Positions 12,441 to 33,521 of a stretch of DNA of 64,000 nucleotides are shown here, piece by piece. The notes beneath the pieces were generated by a model. The model made no database searches. It worked only from the letters and a program-made list of their open reading frames with translations, and had not been told where the DNA came from. Position 1 is the stretch's first letter. Each line of letters starts with the position of its first letter. The stretch spans positions 4,402,001 to 4,466,000 of the forward strand of contig CM035351.1 in NCBI GenBank assembly GCA_020137815.1. Direction: 5' to 3'. The position numbers and the translations under genes are program-made. Source of the DNA: Hormiphora californensis (Eukaryota > Animalia > Ctenophora).

Positions 12441-14036
12441 CTTTGGCAGAGTGTTAACTGTTTAGTGTTTCATAGCCTTGCTGACCCGCCGGCCGCCCAG
12501 CAAACTTAAAACTAGTTAAATTGTTTTGTTGCTATCAAGGTTTGCGTATGATGAAAATTGATGATGCGTGGTGTCTGAATTAAATTTAAATAAGTCATGC
12601 ACTTAATATACAACTCAATAGTGAACAAATTCCCAGAAAAAAGGTGCCAAGAGTTGGCAGATTACAAGATTTACAAGATTACAAGATTAAAATTATATTT
12701 ATAATGTCAATAAATTAAATAAATGTAATTATTGACACCCCGCTAATACACTAAACATATTGGTTCACAAGTATTAAAAAATAAATATGTCCAACATGCG
12801 GACGTTTCCGCCCGTAGCTACCTCTAGCTGGGTTATCTCGTCTAATTCAAACACTCTTCAATATCACATTGTATGTACAAAAAAACAGAATCAATAAACT
12901 GTCGTGATAACAAGTGATGAGTAGCGTGTAGAAGGGATGTTGTAGATAGTTTGTAGAATGAGGAATGAGGATGTGCTCGATATGGAGCAGCGCAAGGAAA
13001 AGGACCCAGGGATCGATGTGGAGGAGGTAGGAGTAAAGGACCCAGGGATCGATGAGGAGCAAGGTAGGAGTAAAGGACCCAGGGATCGATGTGGAGGAGG
13101 TAGGAGTAAAGGACCCAGGGATCGATGTGGAGCAGGTAGAATGAATGAATGAACTTCAATATTTATATTTGAGTCATATAAGTGACTCGTCCCGCTCTCA
13201 CACTATAGACATATACAAACAAGTCATACATATCCTACAAGGCTATGTATGACTTGTTTGTATATGTCTATAGTGTGAGAGCGGGACGAGTCACTTATAT
13301 GACTCAAATATAAATATTGAAGTTCATTCATTCATTCTACCTGCTCCACATCGATCCCTGGGTCCTTTACTCCTACCTCCTCCACATCGATCCCTGGGTC
13401 CTTTACTCCTACCTTGCTCCTCATCGATCCCTGGGTCCTTTACTCCTACCTCCTCCACATCGATCCCTGGGTCCTTTTCCTTGCGCTGCTCCATATCGAG
13501 CACATCCTCATTCCTCATTCTACAAACTATCTACAACATCCCTTCTACACGCTACTCATCACTTGTTATCACGACAGTTTATTGATTCTGTTTTTTTGTA
13601 CATACAATGTGATATTGAAGAGTGTTTGAATTAGACGAGATAACCCAGCTAGAGGTAGCTACGGGCGGAAACGTCCGCATGTTGGACATATTTATTTTTT
13701 AATACTTGTGAACCAATATGTTTAGTGTATTAGCGGGGTGTCAATAATTACATTTATTTAATTTATTGACATTATAAATATAATTTTAATCTTGTAATCT
13801 TGTAAATCTTGTAATCTGCCAACTCTTGGCACCTTTTTTCTGGGAATTTGTTCACTATTGAGTTGTATATTAAGTGCATGACTTATTTAAATTTAATTCA
13901 GACACCACGCATCATCAATTTTTCATCATACGCAAACCTTGATAGCAACAAAACAATTTAACTAGTTTTAAGTTTGCTGGGCGGCCGGCGGGTCAGCAAG
14001 GCTATGAAACACTAAACAGTTAACACTCTGCCAAAG
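12441..14036. mobile_element. ~1.6-kb near-perfect palindrome (foldback element)
   Basis: Arms 12441-13232 and 13244-14036 are reverse complements (one indel seen) around an 11-nt loop; each arm has four ~36-bp aaggacccagggatcgatg repeats; termini cagagtgttaactg at 12447 and its complement ending at 14030. Confidence 0.85.
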
Positions 14037-14251
14037 GAATAGAGGACCCAGGGATCGCCAAGTGCGGCCGCATGCGGCAGGCTAAACGGTGCAAATTTAA
14101 AAAAGGTCAGTGGAATTTTAGAATAAAATCATATGTGAGTTTAACGCCACCGCCAAATATTGCAAACTAACAGTAGAAATCAAACTTCAAAGAGAAGCCA
14201 GGCGTTTTGACTTTTGAGCTTCAAAAAACGCAACTTAAAACTTTCGGGCGC

Positions 14252-14522
14252 GATTATAATCTGGGTGCCTTGCAGCGAGTTTACAGGTGCGCGCTACCAA
14301 AAAGAGTACACTTTTATTTCCTAGACCGACTTTTTTCAAACGGCTATAGCCACGCAACCACATGGCCGATTTGAGTAAACTAAACGGTATCTGATGGAGA
14401 ATCGATAGCCCTAACCGATAACCCCAAACAAAACCCTAACCCGACCCTAACAACAGCCCTAACCCGTCTCGACCGCCAAAATCGATGAATTGTTAGCAAT
14501 GGAAGGCACCCAGATTTTAACG
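14252..14522. mobile_element. MITE-like element with internal ccctaa (telomere-like) repeats
   Basis: Inverted ends aatctgggtgcctt / aaggcacccagatt; ends resemble those of the elements at 61547 and 61963. Confidence 0.5.
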
Positions 14523-14672
14523 TTTTCCAAAACGTTCTTACTTTTACTTTTTACTCAACTTGGCAAAGCGGACGAAACGCGTCGCATGGTGTGTATCGCG
14601 CAGAGTTTTTTCATACTACGATGCTAAATACGCGCGCAGCTCGAATCTCAAACAAATCAGAATTATTATATA

Positions 14673-16437
14673 GGGATCCCTAAAAAAGTTCAGTATTTAC
14701 ACAGAGTTTACACAGTTTGGTTTGGTTTGGTTTGGACCACTCATCTGGGACTGTAAACAGTCACACAGCCAAGTCTCGCCGAACAGGCGAGACAGCATAG
14801 TGCCGGATCATCCTTTCGGAATCACCACCAGATCGTCTTCTGTCTGTCGGGGGTCTGTCTTCGGTGAAAGAATATGAAATCATACTTCTAGATCGTAAAA
14901 CTTAATTCTTCTCAGTAACTTTAGCGATACTAGTTAAGGCTCAATCGCAAGCTAGATATAATAATGGTGGTGAAGATGAAAATTCTTATTTTTTCAGTCC
15001 GAATTCTAAAATAATCTAAGCAATAAACAATGGAAAAATACCAATAAATTTTCTTGGAGTAACACATAGCATAAGATCATTTGATTTAGTATGACTCTGG
15101 TGATTTCGTATCAATAATAATAATAAGGTATACAATGAATGGAAATATAAAACTTTAACAAATTATGAATGAAAACATTTGGAATGAAAACATTTGGAAT
15201 GAAAACATTTGGAATGAAAACATTGAATCAGTGAATTGATTGTGATCATATTGAAGCTAGAAATGAACACATTGGTTAACAAAATTTTGTGAGCGAGTGA
15301 ATTGTACAAATTATGAATGAAACCTTGATCGGGTTTGGAATGAAAACATTGAAACCGTTTATTGATTGTGATCTTCTTGAAACTAGAAATGAAAATATTG
15401 GTATATTTTATAAATTTTGTGAGCATTCTGGTGAGCGAGTATAATTGGTAAGCGAGTATAATTGATGAGCGGCAAGAGTGCGGGCCAATTTTGTATCGAG
15501 TATTGGTGAGCGGAATGTTTTTGTACTAATACTGCGACTTGTTGAGTGAGCGTTTTAGTATCATAGGGGATTTATGAATTTAATTTTTTTAAACAACGCA
15601 CAATACGGACTGACAAGCTTACGACCTTGATGGATGTGATTGATACTGTGACTTCTTGATGATGAGAATTGAAATAAGAGGAGTATCCTTTTCCATTAGA
15701 GATAAAGATAAATGAGAACGATCAAACACAAACAAGGGGTAGGACAGATTGCAACACCACTAGAATGTAAAATGTTCTAGAAGACAAGTCGGGTGGGGCA
15801 GATAAGAATGTTTCTGAGTTGTTACACGCGATAAGCGACTTAGTGCACCAAAACACAAGGATTGTATTGTCGCTGTAGTGAGCTGTTTAAGAAAGTCCTC
15901 TATCTTGGGACGGGTCAGGGCGGGGGAGGTGGGTGGGGTGGCGGGGCGGGGAGGGTGGGGTGGGACGGTGGGTAGTATTAGCCAAAAATGCTGCCATAAA
16001 CTAATGATTGGAGTAGGCCATGCCGGGGAGAGTGCTCACTGGTAGCGGAGAGGTCATATGTGCTAGAATATTGGTATTTGAGGCAGATTTAAGTAGCATT
16101 TTATTGAGGAGAAGAGCCCATATTGGTGTCCGAGACAAGCAAAAGTGAAACGAATTGCAATGTAACGAGAGAGTACGAGTTTACACAGTCTTTACTCAGT
16201 CGTTACACCCAGAGCGGCGCGTGCTGCGCACAGTGGCTTTTTCCAAGAAAATATTGGATTGTGTGCTGCACAATTGACAAAATTGAGCGCTGCGGCGAAA
16301 AAAGTTTCCGAAAACGCTGCAAATCGAGTGCGAAAGACGCAGTCGTTACACCCAGAGCGGCGCGGGCGCTCTGGGTGTAACGACTGAGTAAAGACTGTGT
16401 AAACTCTGTGTAAATACTGAACTTTTTTAGGGATCCC
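14673..16437. mobile_element. palindromic MITE in a TA context, split by a retroposon insertion
   Basis: gggatccctaaaaaagttcagtatttacacagagtttacacag at 14673 and its reverse complement ending at 16437; the left arm resumes at 16177 after the insertion. Confidence 0.8.
14717..16176 (-). mobile_element. non-coding non-LTR retroposon with (CCAAA)n tail
   Basis: TSD gagtttacacagt at 14704-14716 and 16177-16189; (tttgg)n tail on the + strand; homologous to 55850-56804 in the opposite orientation. Confidence 0.85.
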
Positions 16438-16581
16438 TATATATATATATATAAATTTCAAATTTGTTTGTTGCAGTCGCTAAAGTTTTCCGTTTTGATT
16501 TTTGAAATTTCCAAATTTCGGAGTCTTTGACCAAATTTTCTGACTTCTAGACTGATTTTTGCGTACTCAGTATGAATAAAG

Positions 16582-16797
16582 TCGGATTTTTTGAAACTGT
16601 CACCCCCCTGAAATAACAAAATTTGCCATATCTCCGGTTCCTGATAAGATAGAGACTTGAAATTTGGAGGTTCGGAAGAACTTAGCAAGATCTTCGTAAC
16701 CTCCAAATTTCAAGTCTCTATCTCGTCAGGAACCGGTTTTATGGTCATTTACGAAGTTTGAAAATACCCAGGGGGGTGACAGTTTCAAAAAATCCGA
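16582..16797. repeat. inverted-repeat interspersed element fragment
   Basis: tcggattttttgaaactgtcacc and ggtgacagtttcaaaaaatccga arms, with an inner inverted repeat gagacttgaaatttggagg / cctccaaatttcaagtctc. Confidence 0.55.
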
Positions 16798-17322
16798 ATT
16801 TAATACAGTTTAAATTATTTCATAGCTGTTTTATCAATTTTTCCATCTAATTCCAAGCCCGCTGAGTGGCCACTTGTGGCTTGTGAGTTGTGTGATTCCA
16901 AGAGTCATCAACTATCGGAGAGTGTGTTGAAACGTTTTTTCGGTGAATGTATTCACTGTTGAGTGGTATATCAAGTATATAATGTACAGAAAGACTGGAT
17001 CAGTAGGTCCAGCACCTTCTTTTCAGGTGAAAAAAGAGAAGAAATCGAAAAACTATCCAAAAAGTGGGAAAGTTACACGATTTGTGACGAGAAATTACCG
17101 AAAATGAAAAACTTCCAGTGCGTGTCTCAGAGATAGCAAAAGCCCACCGCCCTAATTGTTTATACTGCTTGTTCATTTGATCGAGCGAAAAGAGAGATAA
17201 TTTTAAATTTATTAAATAATCAAGTAACTTACTTAACAACCTAATTTATCGCCCGTTTATATTTAGCTGTAATGTAAGGTAGGTAATGAAAAAGAGGGCG
17301 GTTCATGTTTGGTGGGCAACAC

Positions 17323-18285
17323 ATGATGAAGATCAACTCAAAAAATGTCCTAAATTTCCTGCGAACAGACTCCCATGTTGATAAACGAGGATTCCTTTTT
17401 AAAAAGGGAGAGGTAAGAATCACGTGATCAACTATTTTCCTAACTGATATCATTTTCGCATTTCTTATTTTCAGCTAAACAAAGGCTGGCAAAAGCGATG
17501 GTTTATCCTGAAGGGAAACATGCTGTTCTACTACCAGGCTCCCCATGATTCCGAGCCCATTGGAATGATAGTCTTGGAGGGCTGTGTCATTGATAATTGT
17601 CAGAATGATAAAACTACATTTTCTATTAGTTTCCCTGTCGAGGGATCCCGCACATATCATCTTTGTGCTGACACTGAGGAGCTTCGAACTTCATGGGTAG
17701 GTCCTTATAATCCATATTATGTTAAAGTTCGGGGAGGTGTGATCATGGGTAAGGGAGGGAGGGCCCTCGAGGGGTCATTTAGATATATAAGTATGATACT
17801 GTGTTAGGTAAAGCGGTTTTGAGAATTATATTATTCAATTCCTTACACCAAACTTGCTGCCCAGGTAAATGCTCTACAGAGGTCAAGCTACAGCTACCTG
17901 CAGGCTCAGGTAGAGCGTATGAAGGAACAGGTAATTACTATGACATGAACACCCCTACAAACAGTTTACCTGGCTAAAGATCTGTATGCCTGTGTGTGTC
18001 TGTGTGTGTGTGTGTGTGTCTGTATCACACTATCCATTAACAACACACACAAATTAACTCTCCCTTCGTTCCAAACTAAAACCCGCCATAACCCAGGTTG
18101 AGTCCCTGAAGCGAAAGAAGGATCAATACGTTGAGCTGGTTGCTGAGTCCCAAGCTACAGCTTCGACTACCACTGACACTTGGGCAGATCGGACTGGGCC
18201 CCGGGGGACAGTGACACTAGGGGCTCCTCGGCCATCCTCCTCACGATCATCTGCAATGCGAGCATGTGGGTTTCTTCCTTCTTAA
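17323..18285 (+). CDS. PHETA: Sesquipedalian/PHETA (IPIP27/FAM109)-like PH-domain protein, 4 exons
   Basis: MKINSKNVLNFLRTDSHVDKRGFLFKKGE|LNKGWQKRWFILKGNMLFYY...PIGMIVLEGC...RTYHLCADTEE..SW|VNALQRSSYSYL; the 3' end is uncertain. Confidence 0.8.
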
Positions 18286-18329
18286 CTGTACATTATACGC
18301 TGATTGGAGGTCCCCTACTAGCATGCTCT

Positions 18330-18336
18330 CTCCCTC

Positions 18337-18396
<60 letters not shown>

Positions 18397-18397
18397 A

Positions 18398-18439
<42 letters not shown>

Positions 18440-18457
18440 TCACTCTCTCTCTCTCTA

Positions 18458-18530
<73 letters not shown>
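18330..18530. repeat. (CT)n microsatellite; similar tracts at 21140, 26425, 27510, 30000 and in every monomer of the 47.5-55.9 kb array
   Basis: Direct inspection; these tracts account for the SLSL/ERER ORFs. Confidence 0.95.
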
Positions 18531-18535
<5 letters not shown>

Positions 18536-19810
18536 CTTTCATCCGTTGGAACGTTATTATAAGGACCACTACACTTTTGTTTGTTCGCTCTTTTATTACG
18601 GCCTTCTATTGTCCTACCGCTATTAGTTACATTACCCCTCCCCGATGCGGGATATTGTTACTTCTCCCTCAATATATCTCCCTCCATCTCTCTGGTTCCT
18701 TCCCTCTCCTTTCTCCAATACCAATATTATAGTAACCACTTACCCTCTTCATAAATTCCACAATTTACACAGTATTCAACAGTACATGGTCGCCTCATAT
18801 TGTAAAATACCATATGGTAGACATCTAAAACATGCACAATTTATAATCTCTATTCACTGCATTATATGTATACAATATACATCGTGTATGTGTATGTTTG
18901 ATTGGCTAATGAGATAATTAATAATGTGATGTTGATCACTGGCCACTAAAATAAACATTGGCCCAAGCAGAGTCACTATTAATCAGACACTCTTAGTGTA
19001 AACGTCTTGCAGGTCAGTTACACATATGTTATTTAGATGTCTCTTGAATACAATGATTTGTAGTCTCCCTATCTTTGAGATGCTTTACTGCGGTTTGGGT
19101 AGTCGTCTTGTCTAGAAAGAAACTCGTGTGAAGTTGTCTCTGAGATGAAAAGTGTTCATTGAGAAGATATCAGCTAGAAATCTAACTTTGAGACACCATC
19201 AACATCTCTATCACAACACTCCGTACATCATTCTCTGTTATGCACAATATTCGCCGCATTATTTCCTTTTTCTTTTTCGCAGTGTCCTCCCCGTTAAATC
19301 TGAGACGTAAACACCACATGGACCAGATAGCACAAAAACGTAAGTTATTCAGGACATGTTAGTGATATATCCAATGAGGCTCTTTAGTAACGACACTATT
19401 AACCCCCACCAATTATAGCATCTATATTCTCTCAAATTATATGTATCAGGGTATTTTTTAACCATCCCATTTTCCCGTAGGAGGCTCCCCGTCCCGGGGT
19501 AGGAAAGCAAAAGATCCCCACCACCTGTATTGTAGCACTGGAGAAGGAGAGGAGAAGTGCAGGACATTCTCCCAGATGCACTCTGACTTTGCACCGGGGA
19601 TGCCCGTCATATTGGAACCATCCGGCAAGAACCGCACCTCTTATCAAACTGTTACCGATTCAGACTGTTTTGAAATTGTCATACCTCAATAGTAACATAA
19701 CGACACGGGAATATTGTGTAACAATTCTTATTTTGTCTATCTCTCTCTCTCTCTGTACATGAATGCAATGTCCCTTTACATTATGTAATTAACAGTCTTT
19801 CATTAGCACA

Positions 19811-20340
19811 CTACTGAATGTACCAGGGTTTCTTGTTCTCGCATTTCCACATCCACGCCAGCTGAGCCATACTCTCCACAATCTCGGGGAGACCCAACAT
19901 TTCCAGCATCTCACCGACACTCTTGTTGCAGATAATCTCAAACTCTGAAGGAGGTAGTTGGTAATATTAGGGGGGTTATATTAGGGGAGAGAACAAGGGA
20001 GATTGTATTGGATTATAGGACAACAGATGGTTGGGAATAAAGGGTAGTAAGAGAGAAAAAGAAGAATAAAGAGGGTTAGCAGAAAAAAGGGTTACTAGAA
20101 AGAAAGGAGAAGGGTGAAATAGGGTGTAAGATAAAAGAGGGCTACATGTGTTGGCAAATTCAACTTACTGATTTGCTGGATCTTGTAGTAGATCTTGATC
20201 ACAGTCTCCAGGTACCCCATATAGTCATCAAAGTTGGCCTGTAGAGCGAGGGGAGCTACAGGGGCTTCCTCTTCCTTTACAGGGAGAGCTAGGGTGGACG
20301 CGGCCACGAGGCACAGGCACAAAACTAGAGAGATCTTCAT
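19811..20340 (-). CDS. small secreted protein, 101 aa, 2 exons, no recognised family
   Basis: Signal peptide MKISLVLCLCLVAASTLA; donor a|gtaag at ~20168 and acceptor cttcag at ~19946 keep the frame through KFEIICNK...WKCENKKPWYIQ*. Confidence 0.75.
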
Positions 20341-20357
20341 GATGATGATATGTTGGT

Positions 20358-20393
20358 AACTGGGGAGTTAGGACAATAGGGGACAGTTTTATA
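20358..20393 (-). promoter_or_regulatory. TATA box plus initiator of the secreted-peptide gene
   Basis: TATAAAA (20393-20387) about 30 nt upstream of an Inr-like CCAGTT, which is about 20 nt before the ATG. Confidence 0.6.
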
Positions 20394-21135
20394 GTCACAG
20401 ATTGACCCCCGGTAACGTGTCAAAATTAACAAGAATTGAGAATTAGTGATCACCAAATGTTAATTCATCCCCCGGTGTCTCTTTGAAGCACAAAGGACCC
20501 CTCATGATCTCCTAGTCTGGCTGTGTGTCTGGAGGAGCTGCCAGATGATCATCTGGTGTGTCTCTCTACAGGGTGGAGGGGGAATTAGATCTGAAGTGAC
20601 AACTTGTCTAAACTAGGTCAGTTACCGAAATTAGAAGAGGTCAGTCATAGATAGAAAGAAGTCGATACATTCCTTTTTTTAAAAAATTATTGAGTGTCGT
20701 GCTCACTGCTTTCTACTCAGATAAAACATGTACTCTGTAGAGCTATAATGCTTACACTGGCTCAATTTAGCACTTCTTTTCAAAAGCTCAGTGTTCTCGA
20801 CTTTCTCTGTCTCCCATGATAGTTCATACACACTCCACTTCTCACTTCATTAGTTTAGTATGTAGCTCAGATTTCCAAGTAGACATGTTTTCCAACCGTT
20901 CCCTACCTCAAAGAAGGAAAATCAGTAGATTGTAAAACTGGTACAAAGGTTAACCGAAGCAAAAAGTACTGAGTTTGTTTGTTCATTCTTGCATTCGGTA
21001 ATTGACATGTTATCACTTGAGGTATCTTCTTCGGTAGCACATTTCTGCTGCATAAACGCTACAGGGTGTATGCATAAGAGAGGGGCGTGGGTTATGTACA
21101 TCCAGTGAATATGATACCCTACACAAACTGTTACA

Positions 21136-21262
<127 letters not shown>

Positions 21263-21440
21263 CCTTTCTCTGCCCCTTCCTCTTTGTCTCTTTTCCTACA
21301 AAATGCTAAATGAGGTGGACCGATAAACCTAAAACGAATCTACAGTCACTTCAGCATACACTTGACGAACATGTACATAAACCTATCAAAATATTAATGG
21401 CTTCCTCCTTTACTGTAATGCCTGTATTTCTAGCTAATGG

Positions 21441-23723
21441 ATGATTGTTCATGATATGAGGTGTGAGGTACCCCTGATAGCCCCCGATTTGAGGCGAGAG
21501 GAGGCCGTGCTACAGCTTGCAGATGCCCTCCGACAACTGGACCGGGTCGCTGAAGATATACTTGGTGAGAGGGATAGAAAGAGGGATAGAGAGAGAGAGA
21601 GGGAGAGAGAGGGATAGAGGGAGATACACAGAGTCAGAGACAGAAACATAGACAGAGATAGAGAAACTTAGTGATTCAATATTAACATGATTGGCTGCTG
21701 TGTTCTCCTTTTTCACAACAATTTTCTATATACAGGGCGAGTTGATGAGAGGATAGCTGCACAAAATGCAAATCTAAAGAGCATTGAGCAGCGAGTAAAG
21801 GTCGCCCAAGCTAAAGTGGACAAGTTAAAAGGAAGCAAGAAAGCAATTCAGGTTCGACTTCATTAGCACCGGAACTTTGTCTTAATTGCAATACTTCTTC
21901 TTCTTTTTTTACTAAATCCCTTTTTTCCACCAGGTGTTTTCATGTTCCAAGTTCCCTACAATTGATAGCATGCCACCATACTCACCTCTCTTCTGTCGAA
22001 ATAGTGAACCCCTTTCAACCATCGCTAGAAACGGAAAACCAATCAGTGAGAACTTCAAACAAGTCGATCACCGGGTTATCAAAGTAAGTTGTAGATTTAT
22101 ATTTTGAAAATTACTAATATAACTTTTTTCATATATAATATAATTTCTTCCTGCAACTTGATACCCAAAAAGATCATATTGACTTCCATGCTACACACTT
22201 CACACGTTTATTTGATCTCCCTCTCTCTCAGGACAAATTCAACTTCTTCCGAGTGTCACGTGACCCTCCTAAACCGAGGATGATTAAAGCCTTCTCAGTG
22301 GGTGAGGATTTAGAGGGTAGTTTGGGGGATCCTCCCGCTGGAATAAAGGCTGCCTCTTCCTATCTCTTGTTCAACAGTAGCACAAACCCTTACCAATCCC
22401 ACCACAAGGAGGAGCCCCTGGAGTTGGGGAGACGGACCGGGGCCGGGGAGGAAACACCACTAACGGAGGATGAGGAAGAGGGCCCAACGGTGAATCTGGG
22501 CGGAACGGAACTACTAAATCGGCTCCTTCCGACAAGCTATGCGTACAGGTACGCGCGGGGACATCAGGGTAGGGGTTGTCGCGCGCACATTGTACCTCTC
22601 ATCAGTGTACATCATGTATATTTGTGATTTGGGGTACATTGTACAATGTACACAATGTGGGACGATTTTATTTTCTAGATTTCCGTATCAGGCCAATGCT
22701 CTGACAGAGATATCCGTTATTAATTCTCTCTACTCCCAGTCCTGATTTGGGCGACGTGCCAGATTTGGATGTTCCTTCCTACCTTCCCGATCTGCCTGGC
22801 GTTGCAGAGATTTCATTTGACCAAAGTATCGGTTCAATAGCACCCTCCCTTCCCAACTTCTCGGCTGGAGAACTACCAGATTTACCAGATATTTCTGGTG
22901 GAGGGGGAGGTCCCGCCCCAGCCCCTCCCTCTGCCGCCCCTGCAGCACCTACCCCTCCACCACCCCCAGGTTTGCACTGATACTTTGTAGTCAATAACTG
23001 ACTGTAATTTTAGTGCATGGTAATGAAAAGCATGACAAAAACATAATTATTAATTGTTCCTGTGTGAGGTACTGACACTAATATTTTCAGTTGCAGCAGC
23101 CCCGCCGGCACCACCGCCTCCACCACCCCCACCTCCTCCTCCGGCCCCTTCTGCACCAGCCCCTCCACCAGCTGCCACTGCTAAAGTGGCTAAAGATCTA
23201 CCCAAACCTCAAGCTGGTCGGGGAGGTCTACTGGAGGCCATTCGAGCTGCCAAAAAGACCGATCTGAACTCAGCTGAGAAGAGGAAACAAGAAAGGAAGG
23301 AAGAGATTAAAAGCAGTAAAGAGTAAGTAATAACATTCTAACTTCAGAATTCAGTGTATATCTCTGAGAATCTCTCCCCCAGAACCTTTCCACGAAACTT
23401 TTTTTTAGATTGGTTCTTTAATAGTCACTAACTCCCTCCAACTAGGACCGCTAGTCACTACCTCCAAACCCCACTAACTCCAAACCCCACTAACTCCAAA
23501 CCCCACTAGGACCGCTAGCAGTGGAGGTGGCGATATGATGAGTGATCTTCTGGCATCCCTAAACCGCCGGAGAAAGGGAATCTCAGGAGACAAGAGTGCA
23601 GCAGGGGGATCTAGTGGATCTGGTGGTGCGATGGATAAAGTATCAAGTATGATCCCTCCTCCAAAACCTCGTGCTAATACAAATAATACGAGTGAGGGGA
23701 GCGCCGGGGAGTGGAGTGACTAA
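21441..23723 (+). CDS. WASHC1: WASH complex subunit 1, multi-exon
   Basis: [21 protein letters not shown]; [10 protein letters not shown]; [18 protein letters not shown]; polyproline; WH2 [12 protein letters not shown]; [17 protein letters not shown]; acidic end GEWSD. Confidence 0.93.
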
Positions 23724-24859
23724 TTGGACTAATTGGATTATCAAAGGATTAGGACTCGAGGACTTGTTAGGACTAGTTAGACTAGTTGAGTGTGTATTTA
23801 CGGGACATTTACCTAATATGATACTTTTTTACGTGTTTTCTACATTGAGCTGCCGGTTTCAGCTGTTTGATTTTGTTTTTTATCCGATTTACATTTAACA
23901 CTAATTGCGATATGAAAGTCTTCTACTAAACAATTGGCAGTGTCACGGTTGAGTGTTCCACTGAAGTTTGTAACCGCACGGAAGACCGGCAACGGTTTTA
24001 TACATGTAGCGACAGGAGTCTTGCTTAACCTAAAATTCAATTCAGATCTGGTCGATGCCACCAGACACAGATCGAGCCAAGGGGCGGTTGCAAGTGGACC
24101 CATGGAAATTTGGGGGGGGGTCACTGCCCCAACACATTGTACAACACAGAGTCAGGATCGACCAATATTATTGTCCTACCCAGCCCATAACAAATGCTGA
24201 AAATTCGTTTGTTTGGAGTGTTGGAAAAGTAATTGGAACATATCGGACAACAATCATTTATTCAAAACACACTCTTTGTCTTGGTCTACACAGCTGCTTG
24301 CGACCATGATTGTAAACAAATGACTATTTATTCCCTCTATACTTAGACATGAGTTCTCATGAAAGATCACTCCCGCGGTTAGACCTTTGAAAATAACTAG
24401 TAAAAGTAGCATGGAGCATGGAGCACTTGGCATGGAGCACACGTGGCAAGCTATCTTTTACTCAAGTTTACCGGCAACAAGTGACAGCTTACTAACATTA
24501 CACATTGTCCATCTCTTTCCCTCTTGCTTGCCACACTTCGTCAACTATAGTGATTCAAAGCAGAAACAAAATCTTGTAAAAAAGGAGGGACAATCAATCA
24601 TTCAGTGGCATAACTACTATTATTCTGGCCTGGGTAATTGCATTATATTCACTATTTCCTCAATAAAACAAGAATACTGTATTCAAATTAGGGACTTCTA
24701 CAAATATCAACCTCTACAAATACCAGAAGAAATCTGCCCGTGATAGTGAGGCTGAATTATTATTTAACATAATCTAATCCTAAAATAGAGTTCATCATAA
24801 AAAGCAGTAACTAACAAAAACTGTCCCAATATGGAATAACCACTGTTCCAATTTACTAT

Positions 24860-27450
<2,591 letters not shown>

Positions 27451-27567
27451 GGAACAAAACACGGAGTGCGAATTATAGATTCTGCCACACGCTCTTAGAT
27501 GCTGCTCTATCTCTCCCTCTCCCTCTCTCTTTCCCTCTTTCTCTCTTTCTCTCTTTCTCTCTTTCTG

Positions 27568-27611
<44 letters not shown>

Positions 27612-28247
27612 CTCTCTCTCTCTCTGATCTCTCTCTCTCTCTCTCGTTCTCATTTCAAGATGAGGGAACGTGCTTGTTGAGCTCTCGGCGAGGGGGAAGT
27701 TTGTTACTCTGACTCAAAGACCCATTGTTAGTATCTGTTTGTATAACGAGAGAGGGCAGGGGGCACCAAGACAAGCATCTGGTGGCATTTTATTCAAAAT
27801 CTCGTCCACAAATTTTTATCTTAATCCGTTTCTCAGAAAGCTCAAGAAGCACGTGGTTTCTCATTCCAAGCCACAAAACATAAACACTCTCTCCCAAAGC
27901 GTGCGAAATTTTACAATCTGTGTTTGAGATTCACTTGAAAAAAAGAGAGAGTGTCACACAGACCTTTTTGGTTACGAAGTCACCCCTTAATATTTCACTG
28001 GGGCGCTCGCGCGGAGGGGTAATTTCATTACCAACAGACCTTTCGGGTGAGAGTGTTATTAGGACACATAGAGATTTTCGGTTAGGTTCCATAACATAAT
28101 TAGGTGTAATAATTAACTAATTAACAGGGCGGCACATAATTAGCATATACTATTACACATAATTAGTAACACACTGTACTGTTCAGAAGCAAAGGGAGGG
28201 TCAAGGCTGCTAAGCCCTTTAGAATTGTATGATTCACTTTGAGGAGT

Positions 28248-33521
<5,274 letters not shown>

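Noticed and set aside
12995-13140. Short direct repeats resembling a CRISPR array
   Set aside because: The intervening sequences are near-identical rather than unique spacers, the context is eukaryotic and there are no cas genes.
18270-18300. FLTVH as a possible PHETA F&H motif in another frame of the last exon
   Set aside because: The match is too short and would need two further frameshifts; it cannot be supported without transcript data.
23425-23520. Duplicated ctaggaccgctag splice acceptor with 17-bp repeats in a WASHC1 intron
   Set aside because: Most simply a local slippage duplication; there is no evidence of alternative use.
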